A stretch of 64,000 nucleotides of DNA, taken from positions 17,670,001-17,734,000 of the forward strand of contig OZ286468.1 in NCBI GenBank assembly GCA_965644265.1. The letters run 5' to 3'. A program made the translations under genes and the position numbers. Positions 1 through 12,876 of this stretch are shown in pieces. Under the pieces are notes generated by a model. The model did not search any database. It was given only the letters and a program-made list of their open reading frames with translations, and was not told where the DNA came from. Positions within the stretch are counted from its first letter, which is position 1; every line of letters starts with the position of its first letter. The DNA is from Glycera tridactyla. Taxonomy: Eukaryota.

Positions 1-3000
1 AACCTACAAATAACAATAGCAGAGACCCCAATTAGATGTAAATTCTTCGTTGTTGATAGATTACCTTTACCAATTATTTTGGGGGGCCATTCATGGCCAC
101 AAATAGAGTAAAATTGGACTACAGTATCGGTGCTTTAACTCTAGGAAATGGATGCCAAACAGTATTATGCCAACCAGTAACGAAAAACGAATCTGAAGCC
201 GAAGCAGCAGGCCGAGCTTTTGATATTTTTGATAGTTATGAACAATTAGACAAACGTCAGGCAAACAAACTTCCCGAAAACAAACAATACAAACAACATG
301 AACATGAAAAAAAAAACCTAACAAACCAAAAACCAACCAACACTTCAAAACCGAAACAAACCGCAAAACACGTAGGCGAACCTATTCAGATACGGTTCTC
401 AGAAGATGAGGACTCTACAATAGACCCATTAGAAGACTATGGCGAAGGCCGTGTCATACTTGACAAGAACTCACATGATAAAACCAGCGATCTACATGTA
501 AGAATTTCACAAGAGGCAACAAAAGACAGGATGAACAAAATTTTGCTTGAAATGGTTCAACATGCTGATGACATCAGACATCAAGCAGTTGAACAGGTCA
601 AGAAGGAGGAATGTCTGGATGTACTTGAAGACATCATTTCCAATCCCGACATTCTGACAAATGAACAGTCTACGGATAGAGACATGTACAAATTCAAGAA
701 ATACAAAGTATTGCCAAGTGAAATGATTGCAGCTAAGAGAATAATGGCTGAGCATGATAGGTTCTATTTAAATGACAAAGGCGTGCTATTCAAGAAATTC
801 CACCAACACCCTGATGACCGGCTGTATCATCAGCTGGTTGTCCCAGTCAAATATAGATTCAAAATAGCAGCACTATTTCATCACGGTGTCCATGGCTCAC
901 ACAGAGGTTTCAACAGCCTGCTGTATATTGTCCGCCAATGATCTTATTGGCCGGGCATGTACGAAGAACTGTTAAAGTATGTGTTGTCTTGTGACACATG
1001 TGGAGCAGTGAAAAGAGATTACTCTCATATCAAAGCCCCCCTACAGATCAGACCCCCCACTACTACATTTGAGACAGTACATATAGATGTACTTAAGGTC
1101 GCACCTACTCCCAAAGGAGACCTTAAGCTACTGGTCATCATAGACAGGTTCTCAAAGCATTTTGAAGCAGAACCTATACCGAACGAAACAGCAGAAACTA
1201 TTGCAAAGACATTTGTGAAGATTTGGATTGAAAGATTCGGACCTCCAAAACAAGTTATTTTGGACAGTGCAGGAGCACACACTTCAGACCTATTCAGAGA
1301 ACTTTCAAACACATTCAAAATGAAATTACAGTTTATTACAAGTTGGCACCCAGCTTCAAATGCTGCGGTGGAGAGAGTGAATTCCAATATACTGAATGCA
1401 CTACGTGCATATATGCAGGAATTTCCGGAAAGACCATGGCCTGAATTTATATCACACATCAGGTGGTCACATGACATATCTGTGCAAAACCACGGATATT
1501 CACCATATGAACTTATGTACGGTCTCAAACCAAACATGTCAGGCGATCTGTCAACAGAGCCCCCTCTGCTTGATGAAATTGCACCAGAAGACGTAATAGA
1601 CAAAATCTGGCCTGATTTGGCTATCATTCGCATGCTAGCCATGAAAAAAGCAAAGGAAAGTGCAGAGAACATGAAGAAGCGATTTGAGAAAAATCCGAAG
1701 GTAAAATTCAAGGAATTTTCACCGGGAGAATCAGTTTGGGTGAAAAATGTCAGACCAGACGTTTCACACCAATACAAAATTTCTGCCAAATTCATAGGAC
1801 CCTTCACTGTTCTAGCCATCCCAGACCAGGGTTTCACCTACTACATCTCCAGAACACCACTTTAGACAGACTAATTACAGATGAGCGATTAAAGAGGTAC
1901 ACGCCCACCTCAGAATCAGTGCTCCGTGCACAGGAGATAGAATTTCAGGAGCGCGTGGACCGCAATACCAGTAACTCACCACAAATTCGTTCTGATAAAA
2001 CAAACAAACCCAACGAGCCACCCAGACCCACAGTTAAAGTAACAGAGACACCCTTGCAAAATATAAACAAACAAACACCATTAAACAGTAGAAAAACAAA
2101 GAAACGCATCTTTTCCAGTAAAAGACCTGATAAAAGATTAGGTACAGCAGGGACTAGGCTGAGCCAAAAAGCTCCTGCGCGGAGACCAGTAAAACCTACG
2201 CGTATGGGCACTTCACCTAAAATTCAGGTTGCATCTAAGAGAGAAGGAGTACACTCACCCACTACTTCAGATGCTGACTCAGAAAGCTCTGATGTATCTG
2301 ATTCACCCACAATAGAACCACCCAAACCACCTCGACCAAATAGACATCGACCCAGAAATAGACAAACTTCTCAAAATGAACAGAATAGGCAAAATTTGGA
2401 AAACACTAGAAGCAGGCAAAATCAGGAAATATCTCCTAGTTCTAACCGAGTTAGAAGGCAAACAGATAAATTACCAACACAAACAAGGCGCGGCAGGGAT
2501 GCAGTTAGCTCGCCATCTGATAGTGATATACCCTCGGAGGCAACGAGCGGTAAATCACTCCCAGCTGTGGGGACCACTTCAGGGAAGGTTAGGCAGGAAC
2601 TTCATGGGGAGAAGCAACCCTCTGACCCAGGTGGAACAAGTCCTAACACCAGGCCGACCCATGGAAATGGACCCAAACCACAAATGATGGACAACCCTTG
2701 GTATAAGCCCAACAAGCTTGTACATTCAAAATTTGATTGGTCTCGACTACTCAGAATTTCAGCATACAGAACAATGGCACACAGAAATTCATTTTTATGT
2801 GATTGGATTGACAAGAACTCGTGCAGGGTGAGGGAGAAGGAAATTCCCCCACACTTCGTGCGTGATTATATGAAAAGATCGAAAATTTTTGTGGGCAGTC
2901 TCAATTGTGTTGACGCGGTCAATATAGACAGGCAGAGGCACAAAACAGTCCGCCCAATCATTCAAAAACAAAAACAGGCAAATAAAGTTTCTCTAAACAC

Positions 3001-3181
3001 GGAAGAGGAGTATGACCTCAAGGAAGATATCAGACAAGAATTCAAATTACTTTTTAGACAAGTCAGATGGCTTCTAATGCGAATTGAACTTATGATTTTG
3101 AGAGAACAATGGAATCAGTTGGAAAAATGGATCAGGGAAACATATTTCTCTCTGGAAATGAAGAAAATAAATAAGGAGTAA
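1..3181 (+). pseudogene. pol: pol-like: aspartic protease C-half, linker, integrase, basic Ser/Pro-rich extension
   Basis: Frame 1 reads LQITIAETPIRCKFFVVDRLPLPIILG, then frameshifts at the G-run (~80) into FMATNRVKLDY. HHCC zinc finger (FHHGVHGSH..RQ*SYWPGM..CDTC) carries an in-frame TGA at 939-941. DDE core (HIDVL, ILDSAG, AAVERVN) and GPY/F-like motif (KFIGPF). Frameshift near 1850 into the 1736-3181 frame (DERLKRY). Confidence 0.85.
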
Positions 3182-3312
3182 CTTAAATGATAAATTGAGT
3201 GTAAAATCAAAATTGCACTCCCAAAATTCACAGTTTGTACATGTGTGAACAGGTGACTAAAATGATAAACATAGTAACATGACAGTGCAATTGCGAATCG
3301 TTAAACTGGTAC

Positions 3313-3789
3313 TCACCGGCTACGGAGGTTCCCCGGACACCAGGGCGACCAGCCTTCTGGTGGCTGGCAACACTGGGCCATTCCATGGTGGCGAAAGGTC
3401 AAGGCTTGAAGATCTCGACCGCGACGGCATTGGCGTTGGGATCCTGGGAGGACTTGTTGGTGGGATATCAGCTCTAGGCGTTGCAGGTTGTCGACCGGCG
3501 GGATGGGGCGCAGTAAAGGCCATAGTGCCAGGTGCGTTCCTATCTTGCATGCGAAAGTCAGAAAGACGTAGGACCCCTGCAGATCCTGTCTATATTGTAG
3601 ACTATGCAAGGGCACCCGTTCCAAAAAGCAGCGAAGAGTGGGCAGGATGTCCCTTGCCCCCGGCTTGTCCATTTCAGTACCCACAGTGAGACGCAATGAC
3701 CGTTGGGCCACAAACAAGTCGTAAGCCAAGACCACGAGACCCTTCAGGCGGGTGACCATACCCAGAACGATATCGTAGGCGCTTGCCAT
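3313..3789 (-). CDS. Antisense 158-aa ORF of unknown function between pol and env
   Basis: Open GC-rich ORF with ACCATGG start context. The plus strand switches from A/C-rich to G/T-rich over ~3250-4700. No recognisable domain. Confidence 0.4.
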   Translation of the reverse strand: MASAYDIVLGMVTRLKGLVVLAYDLFVAQRSLRLTVGTEMDKPGARDILPTLRCFLERVPLHSLQYRQDLQGSYVFLTFACKIGTHLALWPLLRPIPPVDNLQRLELISHQQVLPGSQRQCRRGRDLQALTFRHHGMAQCCQPPEGWSPWCPGNLRSR

Positions 3790-4262
3790 GGTTATACATA
3801 GTAGCGATGTTGTTAGGAAGAAGTCTCAGATGAGAATAACGAAGATGACTCGATCGTGCGAGGAAAAGTGCTCGATGAGGACTGGAAAAGTCCGTGTTGA
3901 GGATCCAAGTATGAACATTTTGAAAAGCAGCGAAAGTTTCGATCAAACAAAAAAAAATAAGAAATAAGGGAAGGGAAGCTAGGTTAAGAGGATTTTGTGG
4001 GGATCACATTGCACCACACCACAGGAGTGCACAAAATGTATTACTAATAACCGTGATGCAACTTGTTGCACGTAGAGGTGATGGGATCCGCCGGCCAGAA
4101 GTTGGTGAATTCCATAGGGGTGTAGCGTGGTACCCCTGATCCTCGAAGCCAGGAAGGCGGGGCTTGCATATGATGCTAGTCCTAAATGAGGATCATAAAG
4201 CTAAGGGGCCAGCGCGTCCTGTGAGGCGACGCTGGATGATTGACAAGTGAAATTATGTATGA

Positions 4263-4680
4263 GAGGGGTAGTCTGCAAAACGTGGATGCTCCAAGGAGTT
4301 TGAATGATTGCCCAAAAGATGGCAATTATTCAAGATTGTTTATTGAGTTTTTTTTTGTGAAAAGTGATTATTTAGTTAGATTCAAATGGTTGCTAGGAAG
4401 ATAGCAATCATTCCAAGGTTGATTATTGAGTTTGAGTAAAATTTTGGATGATTGCTAAGAGATAGTAATTATTCTAGAATTAGTTATTGAGTTTGAAGTG
4501 AAGAGAAGGGGTTGTCTGCAGGGCTGTGGATGCTTCCAAGTCGGGAAAAACCCACAGAGCTGTGGATGCTCCAAAAGTAATTGAGTATTGAGTTTTGAGT
4601 TGAAGTGAAAGGGGTGATTTGCAGAACTGTGGATGCTCTCACAGACGGAGTACTTTGCAGAGCTGTAAGTGCTCCAGAGT
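4263..4680. repeat. Degenerate repeats upstream of env and the antisense ORF
   Basis: About 5 copies of CTGTGGATGCTCC-like core (4281, 4524, 4560, 4627, 4663), most preceded by GGGGT..TGCA. Three copies of a GAT(G/A)G(C/T)AAT(T/C)ATTC...TATTGAGTTT unit (~4318, 4397, 4458). Confidence 0.75.
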
Positions 4681-4912
4681 TTTGATGAGAATATTTAATT
4701 TTCCACTACGTCATACTGCAGCAAGGGCGAATACCCTCAGTAATATGTCATTCGGACAAGAGCTATCTATAACCTAAAACACACCTGTTTGAGCAAGATT
4801 GCACAGAAAATTGAAACACAATAGAACAATAAACTAGATGCTCGATCAATGGCCTGTACACCCATTGTTTGACCTATCTAGAAAGCTAGAAGACCATACT
4901 CTTTCTTAAAGA

Positions 4913-7900
4913 ATGGTAAACCTATTACTGAGACGGGTGTTCCATTTGTGTGTTGCAGTGTGGCGGATGCCCAGATCAGGTGTCAGAAAGTGGACATGGA
5001 TACTTTTAATCATGGGGATTACGACAGTGTATGGGCAGTCAGAACTGCTCATGCCAGCAAACTCTGAAGGTATGCCGACCTCTATTCCAGATTGAAGCAG
5101 ACCTGATGAGACAATGAATGCTATAGAACGATTAAATTACGGGGTGCATTTCTCACCTATTGAGTACAGAAAATTATAACTTGATCATAACTTTGCGCTT
5201 GCCAACTACACTCATGGAAGAACCAAAACCACTGGAATGCATTACAGAGGACGGAGAAAAATGCAAATACTCTGATCTTTGTGAGGTTATTTCAGGAATC
5301 GAAAGGAATGTCGAGGGACATGAAATTAGAAATGACACATGGCTGAACTAATCAAACAATTTGAAGCCACGAGACTAGCAATTTCAGTTAATTTAATGAG
5401 AAACATGGCTGCTCACTTACAACTAGGGCAGTACAGCCGTAGCAGACAGAAAAGAGATGCTGAATTTGAGCCAACAGAACCAGACAGAGCGTTACTTGAA
5501 CAAACTGTACAGGGTCTGAACGAAGTCATTTTGGCCTTCAACAGAGCACTGCACAAAAGTGACGCCTCCACTTTTCCAACCTTGGTTGAGAAAGGGATTG
5601 TGGACGCAGGAAAAGTTTTGACTGAAGCAACGAACATTTCAGTCATCAATAGAGATTTAAAAATAGTTAAAGCATCATCATCTAGCATGAACAATATGAC
5701 ATTAAATGATGCTGAGAGGCAACTACACAACGCCCGTGAGTTATACCATTACACATGTACCCCAGCTGACAACACTGGTGATGCTGAATGGCATGCCAGG
5801 AGTGATTTTGTTTGTCTTCATGTCAAAAAGCTCTTGAAAAGAGTATCTAAACTTGCAGCAACCATGACTGAACAGTGTGGTGCAGAAACAGGTAGACTTA
5901 TGGAATTGTTGCGTGAACCAATTGGCAGAAACAAACGTAGTGTTTTTCAAGAAAAGCACCGGATGGCCGTCCAAACATTGTACTCATTGATGAATGCGGT
6001 AACAGATTCTATAGACACAGTTCAATCCCAGGTTTCAGATTTAGGAACAGTTCTGTCAGCAGTAGCTGGCAATAAACATAAACCGGAAGTAAAGAGGCCA
6101 AAAAGAGGATTATTTGATTTTGGAGGAAAATTGATTGATGGCTTATTCGGAGTCATAACCGACGACGAGTTGGCTGGAATCAAGGATGCTCTAAAGACGC
6201 TTGAAACCAACCAGTTCAAACTTCAAGAAGGCATGGCCTTTACAAATGAACGGACTGTAGCAGCTGTGAAAGCTAACAACAAACACCTGCTACAACTAAA
6301 CCGCCTGATGGGCAGAGTTGAGGAAAAATTTGCGAATTTAGTTTCAAATTTCAATCAAGGGTTATACACCAGTGTACGGTACACTTCGTTTGCTGTATCA
6401 ATGGTGGTGACCTTATCACAAGATTTGGCACAAGTAGAAAGACAAATGTCCTGTTTCCTACGTGGACTCAGATACTTGTTGAGAGACAGGCTATCAGTTG
6501 ATCTGATTTCGGAAACTGATCTGACATCAGCATTGACTGAGCTTGAAAGACACATCAGACAAAAGTATCAGTCTTTCAAGGTAGCAGAGATGAGACCTGC
6601 ATATTACTATAAATATGCTAGGCCAGTTTACACATGGGATGGACACACAATCATAATTCATTTATCTGTCCAACTAAGCTCAACAGACGCCACGTTCAGG
6701 TTGTTTCATATCAACACATTTAGAGTGCCAGCAAGCTCAAATGACTCACTGGTGACTCGACCTGTGATCCGAAATGAAATCTTCAGAATATCCAGGGATC
6801 ATTCTCGTTTTCTCGAGATGAGCAGGCTGGATTTCATGCAATGTACAAAATCTGACACTATACGATGCAGGCAAGCTGCTATAATCCATGACACGTACCA
6901 TTACACATGTGCTCTTAGTTTATATCTAGGTGAAAAGGTCAAGATAGATAAATATTGCGCATATCGGTTGGAACTAGCCCATCAACCGCTTAATATCCAC
7001 CCCCTATCTCCTGGGCGAGTACTTGTGATGAACGCTGACAAGGTTTCGATAGGTTGCCCTTCTCGTGCTATGGTCACTCGTGAGGGATGCAAATTTTGTG
7101 TCCTGGAACGACCATGTGCATGCAGTATTACTGTGATAGATGACAAGGGCAAGTCATTGTCAATTTCACCAGCCCTGCATAATTGTTCACGAACCTCATG
7201 GACACGAGAAGCTCAATTCCCACTCATGTCTTTAATGCAGATTTCAATAGTGTCATAGCTAGGAATCCAATGTATGATGCATCTAGTATTTGGGAAGAGT
7301 ATCTATCACTACAGAAAAATGAATGGTATAAATGGATTGGTCTAATGTTTAACTTTACAGTGAGGTATATTTCAGACCAAACACCATGACAACAGTTGCC
7401 ATGGCAACCAGGCTACCTATAATTTAATGAAAAATCACACATTTTGACCTGGCGCCATGTCTCCTGCATAGAAACTCTCTAAATGAAAATTCTTTTCCAT
7501 AAACGAACATATTCCGTACAACATTAAAGATGTAACTTGTTCATTTTTTGATTTTTTCAATCAGGATTTGACTTTTAAGTCAGAAAGATCGCAAAAAATG
7601 CGATTTTTGGGATATTCGATCCCAAATATCGTCATGAAAATGATGGATCTCAAAAAGTTACATGTCTCCTATGATCATGGTCAACCCCTTCTACAAATTC
7701 AAAACTATATCATCCCTGTAAATATCCCCAAGACATGGCGCTAGGGACATCTATGAAATGATGAGATGAAATCCCAGGTTTCCATGGTTGCCATGGCAAC
7801 CATAGTGGTGGTGTTGATATCAAAATGCAAATCGAATTGAAGGTAAAGTTCTTTCCTCCATCTATGATAACATTTATTTTGGGTCGGTGGAATTTATCTT

Positions 7901-8621
7901 GTTCGAAAATTCGATATAGTCATAGGTGTTGGATTCACAATCAAACATACCAAGATCTGCATTAACGACATGAGCAGTAAACCTTGCAGCACTTTCCCGA
8001 ATAATGAACCCGGCAGAACTAATTAATTACACTGCCACAACATACGTAAATTCAGAAGCAAAAATCCCAGAACCACAGTTGACGGTCAATTCAGACCACA
8101 CAGACTTAAATTTTCATGAATTATACAAATTCGGTATGGATTTGGAGGATGCAGTAGAGCAGGTCAAGCTAGGCCAGCATATCAATCCGTTTGGTTTGAA
8201 ACACCTTGGCAATTCAACACCAGGTGTCTTTCAGACTAATTGGCCCTTGTTTGTCGGCATGTCTCTGGCAATCATCATCATGATTATGTTGATCGTTTGC
8301 TTGTGTCGATACAAATACACGCCTTGGATGAAGCGGTATGCAAGTGATCCCTTGCCAACTTTGCCGCCAGACCAATTAATCCATTATGATGCTGGGAAGC
8401 ATCATCATGAATGTTTGGGGAATGTATCACCAAAAGCATGTGTCTCACCCAGACCATCAACTTCATCACCAACCCATTTTAGAAAAGTAGATTCATAAAA
8501 ACAAATCCCACCCTATGCAAGAAGCTCTCAGTCAGCTTCACCCAAAAATTCCAAGAAAAGACCAACACCACTCCCAGCAAAACTAAAAGTAAGATTTGAC
8601 ATCGAAGAAGACCAGCTGTGA
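4913..8621 (+). pseudogene. env: env: class I fusion glycoprotein of errantivirus/baculovirus-F type, disrupted
   Basis: Signal peptide (WILLIMGITTVYG), RLNYGVHF motif, furin site RPKR followed by fusion peptide GLFDFGGKLIDGLFGV, heptad repeat, Cys-rich region, TM segment WPLFVGMSLAIIIMIMLIVCLC and cytoplasmic tail. Stops at 5093 and 8496, frameshifts near 5160 and 5339, MITE at 7223-7974. Confidence 0.85.
7223..7974. mobile_element. Non-autonomous DNA transposon (MITE), 752 bp
   Basis: 20-bp TIRs CTCATGTCTTTAATGCAGAT (7223-7242) and ATCTGCATTAACGACATGAG (7955-7974), 1 mismatch. CA is duplicated on both sides. Removal restores the env frame F-P-V-N-L-A-A-L. Confidence 0.9.
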
Positions 8622-10286
8622 AACAAGCAGGCAAAAGGAAATCTTTTAATCAAAAATCTAAATAACATCAAAATTTTCACAAAGTCAAAATTCGAACCGA
8701 GCACTAAGAAAAACATCACATCAAGCCACGCATGGAACCATATAACCTGCCCAAACAAAACATCTCACATATAGTGAAAATCAAAGAAACATCGAAATTA
8801 AGACAAGACACAGACAGGATTTGTTTATAATATAGCAGGGAAGTGATGACAACGGGTCACGCCAGGTGACCATCTCACACATGTGATAGTCATTACCAGT
8901 GTTTAAGTAGCATCTTCAGACACCATCAAGCCCATTCGATTTATATTTATGGAACCACTAAAAGAGATCAGATCTAAAGCAAATCTGGTCAACTCATTTT
9001 CAAAGACAAAGCAGAATTCAAAAGCATTGACCTCAAAGAAGGGTTCACGTTCACCATACAGACGCTGGATCCTACATTTTTCAGATGACAAATTGACAGA
9101 AGGAAAAGTCATCACATATAACCCCGAAACAGATGGACGAGCTAATAAGCATGCCAAGAAAGTCACCCATTCCAAATAGAACACAGAAAGAAATCTGACA
9201 TTTAGATTAGCGAATAACACCAAAACCACTTGTTTTAGATCAGGACATCGCACGACTTAGACATAGATATACCACCACATCAATGTCAAGTAGCAACAAA
9301 AATGGCCACCAAACATTTTGTCTGAGAACACTACATACATAAGTAAAATTAGTATTAAGCATTTAGGAAAATTACCAATATGAAAGAAATCCTTATTATT
9401 GTAAGTTTAGACACACACAAGACATTTTCTCACCAAAATGGAAAAATTGTGGCAAGTCACAAGAATTTCGAGATGGTGATGAACATAGGAAATTCCTTAA
9501 GAGCCCCGACTAGGTGTCGAGAGAGAGACAAGAAACAGACCTCGACCTTCACCTCGGAGGAAGGCAAATCACTTAACCGAATTACCATAAAACCAAACAA
9601 TGAGATCACTATGAGAAGAATTACGACCTGCAAGACAAGTCAGTGTCAAAGAGCGATTAGGCGTAACCAATATCATGTTGTAAATATGATTGTTTATTGG
9701 ACATTTGTTTGTTATCTCAGGATCTGAGCACGGACATGAGAAATAGGAAGTGTCGAATGAATGAAAACATATGTGCTTGAACGCCAAGGAGAATACAGTG
9801 TTCAGGAAAAATGAAGTGTGAAAATTGTACGAATGAGAGAAATTACTAACATGGATGAATGAATTGATTGAATGAGTAATGATAATGTTTAGGAACTAGA
9901 AATTGTGAAATGTGTATATAGATATAATTACAATTTAATGATTGAAGAACATATCAATTAATTGATTGTAGTATCAAAGATTCTGATAGAAAAAAAAACA
10001 AAAAAAACATAGAACATAAATAGTACAAAAATATAATAATAACAATAATCCAAGCATAGATGTATTCTAAGTAGGTATTTATTTGATTGATTGATTTATT
10101 GAGATGATGTAATATGATGTGCAGGTGTTAAAAGGAATGCTTTTTGTTGTAGTTAGTACCAAACCCTTTTGCTTAATAAGCAAGAGAACTGGAGTATGCA
10201 AATATGCTTAATATTGAATTATTTACAGGACAATTATGAGGACAGGTGCATGGACGCACTTGCCTTATGCTTATGGATTATTGTGT

Positions 10287-10690
10287 ATATATGTAAATAT
10301 AAGGCTAGGATACGGAGCCTCAACAAGCAGCATGAGTTACTTTGTGTATTTATAACACGATGCAGGAGGCATCAACGGACGATTGTATACTATACTTGTA
10401 CATATGTAAATAGAAGGCTAGGATACGGAGCCTTAACAGAACCACGAATTACCTTATATAATACACAATGCAGGAGGCATCATCTGACGTTTTGTATACT
10501 ATGCCAATGTGGCAGTCTCAAGCTATCCTGAAATATCAAGAAATCTGCGAACATCAGCAAAGTGAACAATTGGACGATTTGTATACTGTGCCGAATGGCG
10601 GCTACACATTTTTCCTGATACATCAAGAAACCAGCGAGACAAACCAATGGGCGATTTGTATACTATGCCGGAATGGCCGATACAAAACTT
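10287..10690. repeat. Degenerate tandem repeats in the 3' non-coding part of the LTR element
   Basis: Two ~110-bp units sharing ATATGTAAATA.AAGGCTAGGATACGGAGCCT...ATGCAGGAGGCATCA. Repeated GA(T/C)(G/T)TTTGTATACT(A/G)TGCC-like blocks follow. Confidence 0.7.
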
Positions 10691-12869
10691 TACCAGCACT
10701 TTGAGGTACTGCGTGATGCCTCATTTGAATCTTTTCTGAGTGGCAACACCAGAACCATATTTTGTATTGATGTAAAAATGTATGTATATATAATTTAGAA
10801 TATTTTAATTGGCCATGCCAATCATGTAACTGAAAATTGTATTTGTGTATTGAAATGATTCAGGACACTCCGTGTGGCAACACCGGAACTGTACTCGAAT
10901 TTTATAGTTGTGTAGATTTATGTATTCTAATGTTGTATAGAAATTAGCTAATGTTTTGTATTTTATGTATTCTAAGTATTATAGAAATTTGCTTATATTT
11001 TGTATTTGTATATTTATGTATTTTAAGAGTTTGATTATGTTTGATTTGTATATGTAGAATAGGTATTCAGCTTTGGGTGCGTCATACATTGCGTCATGGA
11101 CTGAATGGAGTTTTATGATAAAGTAGTCTATGATTACATTGTATAGAACCCAAAGAATACGTGGATGTAATATTTTATATAAGAGTTGCTCAAACGGCCT
11201 GCATGCCAACAGAGACAGCTGTTATACTGTACATAGATTAGTATGAAAATTGTATTCATGTATTTTAGAAAGATGCGTCATGCATCAGTGCGGGACAAAT
11301 GCATGATGTCTCCCAAAATTTCGAAATTGAAAATTCTGTGAGTCACATTAGTGGCAATATCAGCACTGTATATAGGGATAGGTGAAAATTGATTTGATGT
11401 AGTGTAGAATTGTTTGTAGACAGTGATGATTGAACATTCAATCATCTGACTGAATATTCAATTATCATTTAACGTAGTGTAGAGTTATTGAATTGATATA
11501 ATGTAGACTGTAATAATTGAACATTCAGTCATTCGACCGAATATTCAATTACAATGTTATGATGAAATCTGAATGGAAACTTCATATTAGGCTCTTTTGG
11601 CAACCATTTTCAGGCTTATATTTGGCATCATGGAAGTTTCCATTACCAATGTTGTTTTGACGATATTCCTAAGAGAATTTCAGACGGTAAACATTTGAAG
11701 AATGCTTTCAGGCGATTTTATGGTATCATTGGAATGTTTCGATCTTTTATGACTAACTATTTGGCCTTATCTGACTTTTAGAATGTGTTAATTGGAATTT
11801 ACATCACTGTATTTTTGAGTTGTTTATTGATGAAACCATTTGATCTTAAAAGGCGGAAGCATGCAGTCTCCGTATGAACTTTTACTATGTGTGAATTTGA
11901 TAATAAAATGGTTTGAGGAAGGGACACCATACGAAAGTGATGGCAGAACGAGTAACCCCCCCCCCCCCTTATCTACACCTTAGGAACATTAGTAACATGT
12001 GTATTTGTAACAAGATGACAGCTTTATGTCTTAGGGCACGAGGCGAACATCTGTTAGATGTCAGACGCTTGTTGAGTAGATCATCAAGACCAACACACAC
12101 CGCCCATCATGGGTGATTCAATTGTTTACACAAGAATATCTAACACAGACTTTCTTTTGCAATGCCGTTTTTGGCGGAGCAAAAACCTTGAAAGTTTGAG
12201 GAATATTTTATATAGCCATGTACCACGGCTATCAAACTGTTACCATAGCTACAATAACACTAATGATTATTTACACAGGCACGCGACCACCGACTGACCT
12301 TCGCACTGCGAGTATACAGGCAACTGACCATTTCATAATTCATTTACGCGCGGTTTACAGAGCAACAGGCACCGGCCTACACAACCTATCCAGCGCATAT
12401 TTGACCAACCGAATGCAGGGTAACTATAGAGGTCATGAACCCTCAACTCTTGATATATGGGCGACTTTGACATAATGTTTCACATATTTTCCGTCATATG
12501 GAGCCGTTACTGACCACAGCCTCATTATCACAACCCATTAACGGGAATAGGGTAACAGGGTGTTGTAGGATCAGGGTTCGGTGTACCAGGCACGGCCTGG
12601 CACGCCGAGGCGCAGATCTACTAATAATAGTAACATTTCTGTCAAAGTTACATAAATCACATAAATCGATACCGGCCGCAGGGGCACTTAAGGGATCCAC
12701 CCTAACCCCTGTTCGAGGCCAGGGATCCGATAAGATTCGAGAAACCGCGAGACTTGCCACTGATTGGTTCTTAATGACATCATGGACAGTCCGGCCAGTC
12801 AAACGGAAGTAATAATCCCATATATGATTTTGGGATTTCCAATGATGGTGCAATACCGCCGACATGCAC

Positions 12870-12876
12870 TATAAAA
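12870..12876 (+). promoter_or_regulatory. TATA box in putative LTR U3
   Basis: GCACTATAAAAGAGG in the expected position within the putative LTR. Confidence 0.45.

Noticed and set aside
1025-1837. 270-aa minus-strand ORF
   Set aside because: Antisense shadow of the integrase ORF; no independent motif.
1865-4900. Gmr1-type PR-IN-RT order
   Set aside because: No RT motifs were found downstream of integrase in any listed frame.
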